A stretch of DNA of 64,000 nucleotides from a virus: positions 1 to 64,000 of the IMG/VR virus record IMGVR_UViG_3300017766_002493; one strand, 5' to 3'. This document shows, in pieces, positions 1 to 10,585 of this stretch. How positions within the stretch are numbered: position 1 is the first letter of the stretch; each line of letters starts with the position of its first letter. The notes under the pieces are model-generated. The model saw only the letters and a program-made list of their open reading frames with translations. It made no database searches and was not told where the DNA came from. A program made the position numbers and the translations under genes.

Positions 1-3000
1 CATAGTAGCATAATCTCTAGGAGTAAATCCTAAAGCTTTTAAATCTTTTTTCTGCTCTGTAGTTGGCTTATTCTTTTTACTAGGTTTAGGTTTTTCCTCT
101 TGTTCTTCTACTTCTCCTAAATCTATAGTGAGCTGTGTACCTGTTTTAGTTTCAGTATCTGTGACAGTTGTAGTAGTTGGTTCAGAAGGCTTCTTAAAGG
201 TATCTCTTTTTTGATTAATACTAGTCATAAGCTCAGGTGTCATAACACCTTGATTATCTATCTGATCCATTACAGCATCTAACTCTTTTTCACTTACAGC
301 ATTAGCTATAAGACTATTCCAATTGGTTGGAGTAGGAGTTGTAGTAGGCTTAGTCTCAGGTGTTGGTTCTGCTAATAATCCCGCTTTACGATTATACTCA
401 TTTAGTATTCTACCTGGGTTAGTATATCCTAGATAATTTCTAAATGCTGTACCAGCTACTATATCATCATCTTTAAGATTATTAAATTGTTCTTTAGTAA
501 CATTGATAAATCTTGGATTTAATCTAGATAGTGTTTCTAGATTATCCATATCATAAGCACTATTAACATAATCTTTAAATGCTTGAAGCAACCTAGGTAG
601 CAAACCAGCTTCTCTTAAGCTTTCAATACTTGAATCTTTTGTTAAAGCTTTAGATGTTGTAACTTCTGATTTAGGAGCTTCACCCGGTTTTCTTCCCTCA
701 ATGTAGGTAGTAGCAATATATAAAGCTTCATCTAAAAGTGTATCATTCTCTTTTACACCCAGCATTCTAGATAAAAACTTTCTTAGTTTTTCAGTAAACT
801 CTTCCCATAAAGATTTACCTGTATTTTCATAAGGTATTGTTTTAAGCCAAGTTTTAAATCTATCATTACTAAATAGTTCTGATAAAAATTCAAACTCATT
901 TTTGAGGCCATAAAACTCTTTATCGGTAGCACTCTTATATAAAACTTTATCTTTTGGAGGATTTTTTTTATAAGCTTCTTTTGCCGCTTCAAGTAATTTT
1001 GTTATATCTGCTCTAAATTCTGGATCTTGTGCTAATTTTGTAGAAGTAATTTCATGGATAAGCTCATGAAGAATAACTTTTTCTATAGGCAAAGTACCAC
1101 CTTCATAATCCTCTGACATATATCTAGGATCAATAATGGTACCTATTTCATTACCAGCTGCATCATAAGCAAATACTCCTGGGTTAGGCAATGTGCTAAA
1201 TGTTATTTCACTTTGTGGAGATATTTTAGTTAATAATCTTTTAGCTAATTCTTTCTCTCTAGACGTAGCATATGGACTAGTAATTATTTTATTAAGAATA
1301 TCTATTGTATTTACCTTAGATGATTTACTTAAATCAGGATCAAATCCCCAATATTGAGCATGATCTCTAAGTGTTCTCTTATCATTATTAATTTTGTTTC
1401 TTGTAGCAGTACTATATTTTAAATTTTCTGGATCAGTACTTCTATCTGTTATAGGCTTCTTAGTAAACTTTTTTTCACCAGATTTTTCATACTTATCAAA
1501 GAGCTCCATGATATCTTTGAACTTTTGAGACTGAGGATCTATTTGGTTTTTACTACTTATATCGTAAAAAGCCGATGGGACTTTACCATCAAGAAAATCA
1601 TCCATCCCATCTTGATCTAAGAAGACACCCATCTTATAAAGCTCTACAAAAAAATCATTATCCTTCATTCTATCTAAGAATTCTCTATAAGCTTTTTCAA
1701 TAAGGTCTCTCTTGTTTTGTTCAATGTATCTTAAAGCTTGTTCTGCTCTAGCTGCATATTCTAAGAATTTAGTTGGATTATGTAAAGTGTCTACATAATC
1801 AGCATATTCCTCCATATCAACTCCTAGTAGGAATAGATCTTTGTAATCTTGGAAAGACTTGTCTATATTTTTTTGTTGAACAATTCCCCCTCTTTTTCTA
1901 GCAATATTTTTTAAATATCTATCATATGCTGTATACAATTCCCTCGATGCCACATCAAAGAAATCATCTTCCTCAGCTTTTTCAACGGCTGTAAGATTTT
2001 TAGTTTTACCTATACGATTACCAGCCTTATCATAAGCGTATCCGCCTTTAGTTTTATCTACAACAACAGCTTCACCTTTTTTATTTAAAACTTTTGTTCC
2101 TGATTTAATCTTAGATGATCTTTTTAATTCATCAACTTTATCAGTATCTACTCCAGCATCTTCCTTGCTTCTCATCTGTCTTGCAAGTTGGATACCCATT
2201 ATACCATCTCTTACTGCTTTTAAATCTTCTAAAGTTTCTGAAGCGCTTGCTGCTTTTTTCTGAGCATCAGCATCACCCTTTGAATAAATTTCTACTTCGG
2301 ACTGAAGAGCTAAAATAGCAGAATCAATATTGTTTCTATTTACAATGTTGCTAAAGTCTGTAGCATTAGCTTCACCTAACGGTTGAGACTTAATTAAATT
2401 TTCAGTAACACTTTTTAATCTTTCTACAGATCTATCAAAATGATAAGAAGACATGATAGCTGCTTTCTTAGCTTCATCAAAAGATTTTTGTTTAAAAAGC
2501 TCTGATTGAAAAGCTTCTGGATTTGTTTGCTTATTATATTTTCCAGGATTAAAAGGATTAGGAAATCTCTTTTCTATTTCTTCAGTATGCTTCTGAACTA
2601 GATCTAGTTTATGAAGCATGTTATCTATTTTATTCTGATAAAAAGTTTCAGGATCTCCTTGTGATTTATCAATAGGACCAAAAGCTTCTTGTAATTCTTC
2701 TGGGGTTAATTGTTTATAATCTTCAAGCTGATCTTTTATAAGATTTAATTTCCCTGTAGAAATAAGTGTGTGCAAGTGATTACCAATAGCATCATCTGTA
2801 ATGGTATAGAAATTTCTCTTATCACCGGCCATGTTAGCTTCTTCAGCTTCTTTCTTATTATTAAACTGTATTGCTCCATTAACAGTAATAGCATCAAAAA
2901 ATCTTTCATCCATAGTAGCCGCATTTAAAGCATCTACAACAGAATTAGTATGTCTTTCTAAATCAAGTTGATGTCTATCATATCCTTCTTTATCAGTTAT

Positions 3001-4719
3001 TTGCCAAAACTTTTTTGGAGCCCATTCAAATACAGCAGCTTGTGGTATATGAGCCATAGAACCCATCAAGAAACCAGATAAGAAAGTATCTCTACTTTCT
3101 CCAAAAGGATTAAGCATTCCAGCATTATCAGCAAAAGCTCCCCATGTAGATCTTGATCCAGCAATAGCAGGATTAATAAATTGATTAGCGTAGTAATCAG
3201 TCATAGTCTTCTGAACCGCATCCTGATATACTTCTTGAAAACCTTCAGCAAAATTTGCTTTAGTATAATTTACAAATTTGTTTAAACCATTTTTTAAAAG
3301 ATTCTTAGGTCTATATGTCTCTGGCTTTGTTAAAGAATTTAGAGTAGACATGAAATCTGTATCAATCCTCTTCCAAGCTTTTTCATTAGCTTGTTTCCAA
3401 GCTTGATTAAAAGTAAGTTTACCTTTAATACCTTGTGTAAGTTCTTCTCTAAAAGCTTCCATTGGTTTAAAACCTTTGAATGCTTTATCAAATACAATAG
3501 CATTAGATGCAAATAACACCGGCAAGTTCCACCAAAAAGTTTCCCTACCAGCATTAGCTGCTTCTGCATATATTCTTTCCCAATCTTTTACTGTAGGAGT
3601 TTTACCCTGTGCGTATATCTCATCAGCAAGTCTATCTCTTACAGCTAACTCAGCACTACCACCTTCCATTGCAGATTCTGATGTAGCAGCTGTTACTCTT
3701 CTAGCATCTCTATATAATGCACCAAAACCTTTTGCTGTTTTAGCTAAGTCAAAAACAAGTTCTCCTTTTTTACCTAAGTCAGCTAGTTCATCTGCATATT
3801 TAAATGTTTCTGGTATAAGTCCTTCAGCAGCTGCAGTTAATCCTCTACCTAAACCTTTTGCACCAGATTTAGCTAAAGAATAAATATCTTTCATCTTATC
3901 AGCATTTCTTACCCAATCATAAGATTTACTAAGAGCTTTGCCATAAGTTTTTAAATCCATTAATTTTTTTAACTTTGCAAATTGAGAAGCTGATTCTGCA
4001 CTAGCTGTAGCAAGAGATGTTCCTCCAGATTCTGGTGCTAAAAAAGCAGCACCTGCCCACATAGCAATTTCTTCTGCAGCAAACTCTCCTAATATACCAG
4101 CAGTGTAACCAAAGTCAACTGTCATGTTATTTACAAAGCTCCCAAATCCTCCTCTTGTATCTGCTCCAATAGCATGAGCTCTTTCCATGTTTCTTGCTGC
4201 TTCAACATCTGTTAAATCAGAAGACCAAGAATTCCAAGGTAGCATATCTGTAAATCCAGATACAAACCCATCGCCCATAGCACCGAAACTTCTTTTATAA
4301 TAATCAAACCATGTAGCTTCTTTATTATATATTTCTTCATTATCTCTATATGGAGAAAATCCTCTATCTTTAAAAACGCTACCTACTTTATAATATCTTT
4401 CAAAATTAGCTCCATCATAATCTGCATTGTAAGATTCTTCTTTTGCATATTTTGCTACATCATTGGCCCATTTAGTATCTTGATAAGATTGAGTAATGTT
4501 GCTAAATAATTTATTATAATCTGAATCACCCGATTGTGTAGGAATAAGATTACTACTAGGAATATTTACAGGATATGGCTTAGGAGGTTCTGGTAAATTT
4601 AAATTACTAACTTCTATAGAATAAGGATTAACTAAGCCCGACATCTGCTCGGATTGTAATTCATTTAGACTAGGTATAGATTGATTAGCATCTACACCTA
4701 AGTTATCTGTTTCTGCCAT
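1..4719 (-). CDS. Giant virion cargo/ejection protein with zincin-like metallopeptidase motif, 3' part outside the window; possibly N-terminal part of a crAss-type virion RNA polymerase or companion protein
   Basis: Not in the ORF track because no stop is reached. ATG at 4719 (MAETDNLGVDANQ...). In-frame VILHELIHEI (HExxH) near 1050-1077 and NEFEFLSEL near 875-900. Frame checked at several points, not at every codon. No RNAP catalytic motif seen in the window. Confidence 0.7.
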   Translation of the reverse strand, partial: MAETDNLGVDANQSIPSLNELQSEQMSGLVNPYSIEVSNLNLPEPPKPYPVNIPSSNLIPTQSGDSDYNKLFSNITQSYQDTKWANDVAKYAKEESYNADYDGANFERYYKVGSVFKDRGFSPYRDNEEIYNKEATWFDYYKRSFGAMGDGFVSGFTDMLPWNSWSSDLTDVEAARNMERAHAIGADTRGGFGSFVNNMTVDFGYTAGILGEFAAEEIAMWAGAAFLAPESGGTSLATASAESASQFAKLKKLMDLKTYGKALSKSYDWVRNADKMKDIYSLAKSGAKGLGRGLTAAAEGLIPETFKYADELADLGKKGELVFDLAKTAKGFGALYRDARRVTAATSESAMEGGSAELAVRDRLADEIYAQGKTPTVKDWERIYAEAANAGRETFWWNLPVLFASNAIVFDKAFKGFKPMEAFREELTQGIKGKLTFNQAWKQANEKAWKRIDTDFMSTLNSLTKPETYRPKNLLKNGLNKFVNYTKANFAEGFQEVYQDAVQKTMTDYYANQFINPAIAGSRSTWGAFADNAGMLNPFGESRDTFLSGFLMGSMAHIPQAAVFEWAPKKFWQITDKEGYDRHQLDLERHTNSVVDALNAATMDERFFDAITVNGAIQFNNKKEAEEANMAGDKRNFYTITDDAIGNHLHTLISTGKLNLIKDQLEDYKQLTPEELQEAFGPIDKSQGDPETFYQNKIDNMLHKLDLVQKHTEEIEKRFPNPFNPGKYNKQTNPEAFQSELFKQKSFDEAKKAAIMSSYHFDRSVERLKSVTENLIKSQPLGEANATDFSNIVNRNNIDSAILALQSEVEIYSKGDADAQKKAASASETLEDLKAVRDGIMGIQLARQMRSKEDAGVDTDKVDELKRSSKIKSGTKVLNKKGEAVVVDKTKGGYAYDKAGNRIGKTKNLTAVEKAEEDDFFDVASRELYTAYDRYLKNIARKRGGIVQQKNIDKSFQDYKDLFLLGVDMEEYADYVDTLHNPTKFLEYAARAEQALRYIEQNKRDLIEKAYREFLDRMKDNDFFVELYKMGVFLDQDGMDDFLDGKVPSAFYDISSKNQIDPQSQKFKDIMELFDKYEKSGEKKFTKKPITDRSTDPENLKYSTATRNKINNDKRTLRDHAQYWGFDPDLSKSSKVNTIDILNKIITSPYATSREKELAKRLLTKISPQSEITFSTLPNPGVFAYDAAGNEIGTIIDPRYMSEDYEGGTLPIEKVILHELIHEITSTKLAQDPEFRADITKLLEAAKEAYKKNPPKDKVLYKSATDKEFYGLKNEFEFLSELFSNDRFKTWLKTIPYENTGKSLWEEFTEKLRKFLSRMLGVKENDTLLDEALYIATTYIEGRKPGEAPKSEVTTSKALTKDSSIESLREAGLLPRLLQAFKDYVNSAYDMDNLETLSRLNPRFINVTKEQFNNLKDDDIVAGTAFRNYLGYTNPGRILNEYNRKAGLLAEPTPETKPTTTPTPTNWNSLIANAVSEKELDAVMDQIDNQGVMTPELMTSINQKRDTFKKPSEPTTTTVTDTETKTGTQLTIDLGEVEEQEEKPKPSKKNKPTTEQKKDLKALGFTPRDYATM

Positions 4720-4725
4720 AATAAA

Positions 4726-7700
4726 TTATTTATTAAAAAGTTGTTGAGGATCCTTTACTCCTTTTATTTTAGAAATATCATCTAATCTTTTTTTGTTTAT
4801 AGCTGAAAGACTAGACATATCTCTTAGAATTTTCTGTTGATATAAGTCTGCATCAAACATTGCAACAGGCTCTTTAGTTGTTACTGTTTCAACAGACTTT
4901 GTCCCATCATTATTAACGCGTATAAATTCCTTTTGCAAAATATACATATTACCATCTTTAGTAATTATACTTTTACCTCCTAAAGGAATATTATCAACAA
5001 CTTGTTTATCTGTTTTTAATCTGAAATCAACCATGCTAGGAGATGTTGTTTTATACAATCTTGTATTAGCAACATAACTACTTGGTAACTCTACAGCAAT
5101 TGGTTTTGATATATTATCTAACAGTTCTTTATCTTCATTTGTAGTAAACAATGGAGATTTCTTCTCTTCACCGGTTCTATAAATCTGATTCCAACTTTCA
5201 TTAGGATTAAGATAGATGTATGATTTACCATATCTATTACCCGATATTCTAGAAAACTGAAACTCGGAAGTAATATTTTTAATTTTTTCTTTATCACCAG
5301 ATTCTAAATCAGCTATATACTGATTAAGTTTAGCAATAGCTCCTTTGTCACTATCTTCGTAAGTATACTCTTCATCTAATGAAAAATCATTCTCAGGTCT
5401 AACTACAGCATTATTTTCTATAATAGCTTTCTTAGTTGCTGTAAGTAATTCTATTAAATCTTGAGCATCTTGAGAAGATTGAGGATTACTAATATCCCAA
5501 GGTGTTACATTTGCTACATATGTTTTAGTAGCTTTAGCATTTGTACCCTTTGGCATGTTTGGATCCATAGCATCCCAAGCTGGTGTTTTAAGCATTTCAT
5601 ATCCATCAAAGGAAGCTTTACCTTTTTGTAAAGCTTCTTTTGCAAACTCGTAAGCTTCATCTTGCTTAGTTAATGTTTTTAATATAGGATTTTTAACTTT
5701 ATATTTATTAACAATAACATCTTGTTCTCCTACTTTTTTAATAGATCCTCCTTGAAATTTGTTTTGATTTTTTGCCGCCCATTCTTTTGCAAAAGCATCT
5801 ACATCACCATCAGCAAATCCCATTGAAACAGAATTTTGTAAAGCTTCTTTAATAATGGTTCTTTCCATAAGGTCTTCTCCATCAAGCTTTTTGATAGCTA
5901 TTTCACTATTAATGAAACCTTCATATTCATTTTTTGCAGCAAGTCTACCTTTTTCTACATGAGCTGTAATAGCTTTATAATCTGCTAAAGCATTATTATA
6001 ATTAGCAGCATCTTGTGTTAAAGCTGCTCTATTTGCATCAAACCATTTAGAATAAACTTGGCCATCTGCTGTAGAAGCATCTGTATATTTTTTAAACTTA
6101 GTATTGATTATATCTTTTTGAGTTAAGCTTAAACTTTTAAATTTTTCAAATTCTTCTGGATCTTTATCTAATAGTTTTATAGGATTTATATTTGTATTAG
6201 GTCCTAATACATCTTTTAAAACATTTAACATAGATGTTCTTTGAGAAGGATCTGAAGCCAAAGCATCTTGCATAGCTATAACACTATTACTTATGTTAGA
6301 ATTCATAGCAGACTGAACATCTAATAAACTTTTTACACTTTGTTCTTTATTAAGTTTAACAGCTTGAGCCTGATCTATTACCGGTGTTGCTGTGTTTCCT
6401 TTATCAACAATTTGCGGATTAATCTTTATTGCTTTTTCAGCTGCTGCTATTGCGGCTTCTTCTTCTTTTTTCTTTTTAGCCTCATAATCTTTCATCATCA
6501 TTTGGCCTCTGATATCTGTACCAGGAACATATTCATTTGTTCTAGGATCAATATAGCCTTCTTTGTTTCTGGTTTTTTCTAAATCCCAAGCATGTTCTCT
6601 AGCAGCTTTTGCTATAGGATTTTCTTTAAACTCTCTTTCTGTAGTAAGGTTTGCATACTCTGATGCAGCCAATAAAGATTTTCTTTTTAGCAAATCAATA
6701 GCAGCTGAGTTATCGAAGTAGGATAAATAAGCTTTCATGTTTCCAATATTGTTTTTAAAAACCTTCATGGAATTAGCAGCCTCATCATATACTTTTACAT
6801 TTTTCTCAGCATCTTCAACTTCAGCTTTAGTATCTCCCCACTGACCAAGCCAATCATCAGATTGTGGTAATACACCAGTAGTTTTAACATGCTGATCTAT
6901 ATCTTTACTTTTTTGATTAGCAACATCAGCATTTGTTTGAGCTTCTTTTTTACCATTACTAATAGATTGCTCTACCTGGTTATAGTATTCTTGAATATAA
7001 GCCATGTTAGCTTCATCTTCACTTTGATAGTTAGACAAGTTAGATGCTACCCAATCTTTTCTATTTACATATGTATTAGCTTTAAGATACTCCATCATAC
7101 CAGGTTCTTCACCAAACTTGGATACATAAAATTCTGATAATGGTTTTACCATCTCAGTACCATTAGTAGTCTTAACAATCCAATCACCTTTTACATCATC
7201 ATATACAACTTTAAAGCCTGCATCTTTTGCAGCTTTCATAGCCTTGTCTTGAAAATCTTGAGCAGCTACATAATTTACATTTTCAAAACCTAAAGCTTCT
7301 TCTTTAGTAGCATTTTTAAATTCTTGAGCTTTATAATCTAAATACTTATCTCCACCGTCCCACCAAGAACCACCGCACTCATCAGGTTTAATACAATTAC
7401 GCATTGCCTGTGATCTTTCTTTTTGATTGTAGTAGTTTTTAGTCCAAGTCATATCTTTTATAAGATCTTTATCTTCATAAAAACCTTTGAATATAGATTT
7501 TGCAGCTTCAACATTTTGATCTAATGATAAATCTAATCCAGATATTCTTTGTATAGATTGATCAACCGATTTAAAAAACATATCTCTTTTAGAAATATTC
7601 TCATCTCTCATTAAAGGAGAATTTAAAAGAGTACTATAAATAGAACTAAGTTGCTTATGATTAGCATCATATCTACTTTGTTTAGTCTGCAACATATTGC

Positions 7701-7776
7701 CCAACATATTAAAGTCGGGTCTAAATGGTTGTGCTTGAGGTATATAATCCGTTATTCCAGGGATATAAGTAGCCAT
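4726..7776 (-). CDS. Large virion cargo/ejection protein (1016 aa)
   Basis: Long helical/coiled-coil-type ORF between the tail genes and the giant protein, as in crAss-like cargo clusters. Confidence 0.6.
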   Translation of the reverse strand: MATYIPGITDYIPQAQPFRPDFNMLGNMLQTKQSRYDANHKQLSSIYSTLLNSPLMRDENISKRDMFFKSVDQSIQRISGLDLSLDQNVEAAKSIFKGFYEDKDLIKDMTWTKNYYNQKERSQAMRNCIKPDECGGSWWDGGDKYLDYKAQEFKNATKEEALGFENVNYVAAQDFQDKAMKAAKDAGFKVVYDDVKGDWIVKTTNGTEMVKPLSEFYVSKFGEEPGMMEYLKANTYVNRKDWVASNLSNYQSEDEANMAYIQEYYNQVEQSISNGKKEAQTNADVANQKSKDIDQHVKTTGVLPQSDDWLGQWGDTKAEVEDAEKNVKVYDEAANSMKVFKNNIGNMKAYLSYFDNSAAIDLLKRKSLLAASEYANLTTEREFKENPIAKAAREHAWDLEKTRNKEGYIDPRTNEYVPGTDIRGQMMMKDYEAKKKKEEEAAIAAAEKAIKINPQIVDKGNTATPVIDQAQAVKLNKEQSVKSLLDVQSAMNSNISNSVIAMQDALASDPSQRTSMLNVLKDVLGPNTNINPIKLLDKDPEEFEKFKSLSLTQKDIINTKFKKYTDASTADGQVYSKWFDANRAALTQDAANYNNALADYKAITAHVEKGRLAAKNEYEGFINSEIAIKKLDGEDLMERTIIKEALQNSVSMGFADGDVDAFAKEWAAKNQNKFQGGSIKKVGEQDVIVNKYKVKNPILKTLTKQDEAYEFAKEALQKGKASFDGYEMLKTPAWDAMDPNMPKGTNAKATKTYVANVTPWDISNPQSSQDAQDLIELLTATKKAIIENNAVVRPENDFSLDEEYTYEDSDKGAIAKLNQYIADLESGDKEKIKNITSEFQFSRISGNRYGKSYIYLNPNESWNQIYRTGEEKKSPLFTTNEDKELLDNISKPIAVELPSSYVANTRLYKTTSPSMVDFRLKTDKQVVDNIPLGGKSIITKDGNMYILQKEFIRVNNDGTKSVETVTTKEPVAMFDADLYQQKILRDMSSLSAINKKRLDDISKIKGVKDPQQLFNK

Positions 7777-7842
7777 TTTTTATCTAATTTTATTTTGTAA
7801 ATATAATACAAAAACTTTATAAGTTTATTAAACTTATAAGGT

Positions 7843-10584
7843 TTATACTCCTGAACCGCTTATCACATTATTTGCTTGTGAAAGAAAACTCATATCTGGT
7901 GCTTCTGCTCCAATTCCTTTTTGGTTCTTAACAATGTTCCAAATAACTTCATCTTTAACACCAGGTAGTTTACTTTTAGCAGTATTAAATGCTGTAGTCA
8001 AATCTTCAGTTGAATATCCGGTTGTATTTATAGGTTTTGGTACACCTGTAAAAAACATGTCACCTCCTCTACGAGGACTGATATTAAACTGAGGATTCAT
8101 TTGATTTAAATTGTAAGCATTAGAAGCATTGCTTATAGCATTATTTAAAGATGTAACAAAGTTATCTCCATATGCTATTTTAGTATTTCTATATTGCTGA
8201 TTAGCAATAGTATTCTTATCAAAAAGTTTTGTGGCTAAATCAGCATTTAACATATTAAACCTGTTTAATATATCTGCATTTTGCTCAGCAGATCTATTTG
8301 CTACACCAACATTAAGGTTATTGTATCTACCTAAGATATCAGCAGCATTCTTAGCTCCTGCCCCAGATAACTGAGAAGCAGCAGATGAGAATTTCTTTCT
8401 GCCTGTAAATCCAGCTAATACATTAGCCATAATATTACTCTGCTCTGCATTAGCTGCTAATTCTCTTTCTGGACTATAATATTCATTTTTGATAAGAGAT
8501 GGATTTAGACTTGCTTGCCAAGGCATATACTTTTTAGCTGTTAATAGATTACCTAAATCAAAAGCCATTCTATTTTCATCCTGAATAAAATATTCTTTCT
8601 TTGGCTTGTAACCAAAACCATAAGGCATGTTAGCATTGGTATTTACATTATTAACATCAGTGGTTGTTTCATCCTCTTCTGTTTCTGTTTCACCTAACTC
8701 TTTCTCATTTCTTTTTTTACCGGTAATAGCTGCATATTCTCCAGCCGTGGTATTAGTATAAACAGCATCAGCATCCGATATAGAGCCAGCATATTTACCA
8801 GCAATCTTTTCATCACCTACACCTTTTTGTCCAATGATAAAAGGTGATAAACTCTTATTGATTTCATCATCTTTAATCTCTTTGTTATCTCTTGCCTTTA
8901 AAAGGTTATCATAACCAATATATGTAAGTTGTTGTAAAGCTTTAGACTTAGCATCTTTAGGCATAGGGGTACCTGTTTTTTCATAAAGATCATCTAAGCT
9001 TGTATACTTTAAATTTGCACAACGCTGCTGATCTTCTTTACTATTAGGTTTTCCTTGAGCATCTTTAGAACAATCTGTAAGTTTTTTTCCAGTTGCATTA
9101 TTAAAAAACTTTAATACGCTTCCTTGACTCATATCACCAGGTTTAATACCTAAGTCTTTACTAAGCTGTTCTATACCTTTGATATTTCTAGTATTAAATT
9201 CTATAAACTGATCAGCTAATTCATCAGCAGTCATCTTTTCAATATCTGCTTTTTTAAGACCAGCATGACTAACAACTGATTTACCACTTTTATTTTTTTG
9301 ATCAAAACTTTTTAAAATATTTGCTTTAAATTCTTCAGCTACTTTAGGATTTTTAAAAGCGCCTTTAATCATCTCAATGTTTTCATCAGCATTTGAACCA
9401 GCATAATCTTTTTCTTCTACTGTATAGTATCTACCATTTTTATCTTGAGTATAAACAGTTTTCTTACCACCAGCATCTGCAAAAGCTTTATCTCTAGCAG
9501 CTTCATATTCTGCATCTGTAGCATATGCACTACGTTTAATTACTTCAGCATCCGCAGGTACAACTTGTTTCTTAACCTTTTTCTTTTTAGTAGTTGTTGT
9601 TGTAGTTTGAGTACCAGTGTTTACACCATTTAAATAAGTGTTACCTGAAACAAAGGTTGCTCCATTTCCTCCACCACGAGTACCATATCCAATTACTTCT
9701 CCATCACTATTTACAACTTCAATTATATTTGCTTGAGGATTAAATCTGTATCCTACAGGTTGTCTTCTATTTCCGAACATAGGAAATGGATCCGCGGTTC
9801 TCCCTGGCATAAGATTATTCAAAGCTTGTAGAAGAGGATTATCTCCTCTGTTTCCTCTACGAGCTTGTGGAATAAACTTATTAATACTCTTTCCATATTT
9901 AGCCATGTCACCATAAGGATTCTCTTGTTGAGCTTGTGTTGGTTCCGGCGGCATAATTGATTGAGGATCTATACCAGTCATCTCTACATAGGATTGAGAT
10001 ATTGGTGGTATCCCACCCTCTTTAAATCCTTTCATAGATTCTTGATATAAAGCTAAACCACCTAGCTTAAGATTGTATTTAGCAATCATAGCCTCTGCAG
10101 TTTTTCTTTGAAGATCATCTGAATCTGGATCTAGAAGCATTGCATAGTAATCATTGATATTATATTGCTTAGCAATTTCTGCCGGAGTTAATCCACCATT
10201 CTTAAGCTTCTTGTTAAACATAGCAAGAACTTCTTCATCTTTTATTTTTAGAGCTGGTGTATCTGAAAAAATAAAAGAAGGAGAATTTTTAGGCACAGAT
10301 AAATTAGTACCACCTTGTGAGTGTCTTTTGCCACCAATAATATATTGCTGAGGAATACCTCCATTCATATAATCAGCAACAATAGTCTCACCTTTCTCAG
10401 CTTCTAGATCAGGTTTACCTTTTGTTGGACCAATACTCTTTTTAACCATTATTGGTTTATCGGACATCTGACCTGGCATAGCTGGCCAATTTAATGTATT
10501 AGCATTAAAGCCCATAGCAGGGTTAACTCTAGGTCCACCTTTAGCTGCTTTTGGAAGTCCTGTTATTTTTACTTTTCTTAGCAT
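7843..10584 (-). CDS. Virion cargo protein (913 aa)
   Basis: EAEKGE...GGKRHSQGG motif typical of crAss-like cargo proteins; N/Q/A-rich C-terminus; synteny. Confidence 0.6.
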   Translation of the reverse strand: MLRKVKITGLPKAAKGGPRVNPAMGFNANTLNWPAMPGQMSDKPIMVKKSIGPTKGKPDLEAEKGETIVADYMNGGIPQQYIIGGKRHSQGGTNLSVPKNSPSFIFSDTPALKIKDEEVLAMFNKKLKNGGLTPAEIAKQYNINDYYAMLLDPDSDDLQRKTAEAMIAKYNLKLGGLALYQESMKGFKEGGIPPISQSYVEMTGIDPQSIMPPEPTQAQQENPYGDMAKYGKSINKFIPQARRGNRGDNPLLQALNNLMPGRTADPFPMFGNRRQPVGYRFNPQANIIEVVNSDGEVIGYGTRGGGNGATFVSGNTYLNGVNTGTQTTTTTTKKKKVKKQVVPADAEVIKRSAYATDAEYEAARDKAFADAGGKKTVYTQDKNGRYYTVEEKDYAGSNADENIEMIKGAFKNPKVAEEFKANILKSFDQKNKSGKSVVSHAGLKKADIEKMTADELADQFIEFNTRNIKGIEQLSKDLGIKPGDMSQGSVLKFFNNATGKKLTDCSKDAQGKPNSKEDQQRCANLKYTSLDDLYEKTGTPMPKDAKSKALQQLTYIGYDNLLKARDNKEIKDDEINKSLSPFIIGQKGVGDEKIAGKYAGSISDADAVYTNTTAGEYAAITGKKRNEKELGETETEEDETTTDVNNVNTNANMPYGFGYKPKKEYFIQDENRMAFDLGNLLTAKKYMPWQASLNPSLIKNEYYSPERELAANAEQSNIMANVLAGFTGRKKFSSAASQLSGAGAKNAADILGRYNNLNVGVANRSAEQNADILNRFNMLNADLATKLFDKNTIANQQYRNTKIAYGDNFVTSLNNAISNASNAYNLNQMNPQFNISPRRGGDMFFTGVPKPINTTGYSTEDLTTAFNTAKSKLPGVKDEVIWNIVKNQKGIGAEAPDMSFLSQANNVISGSGV

Positions 10585-10585
10585 A

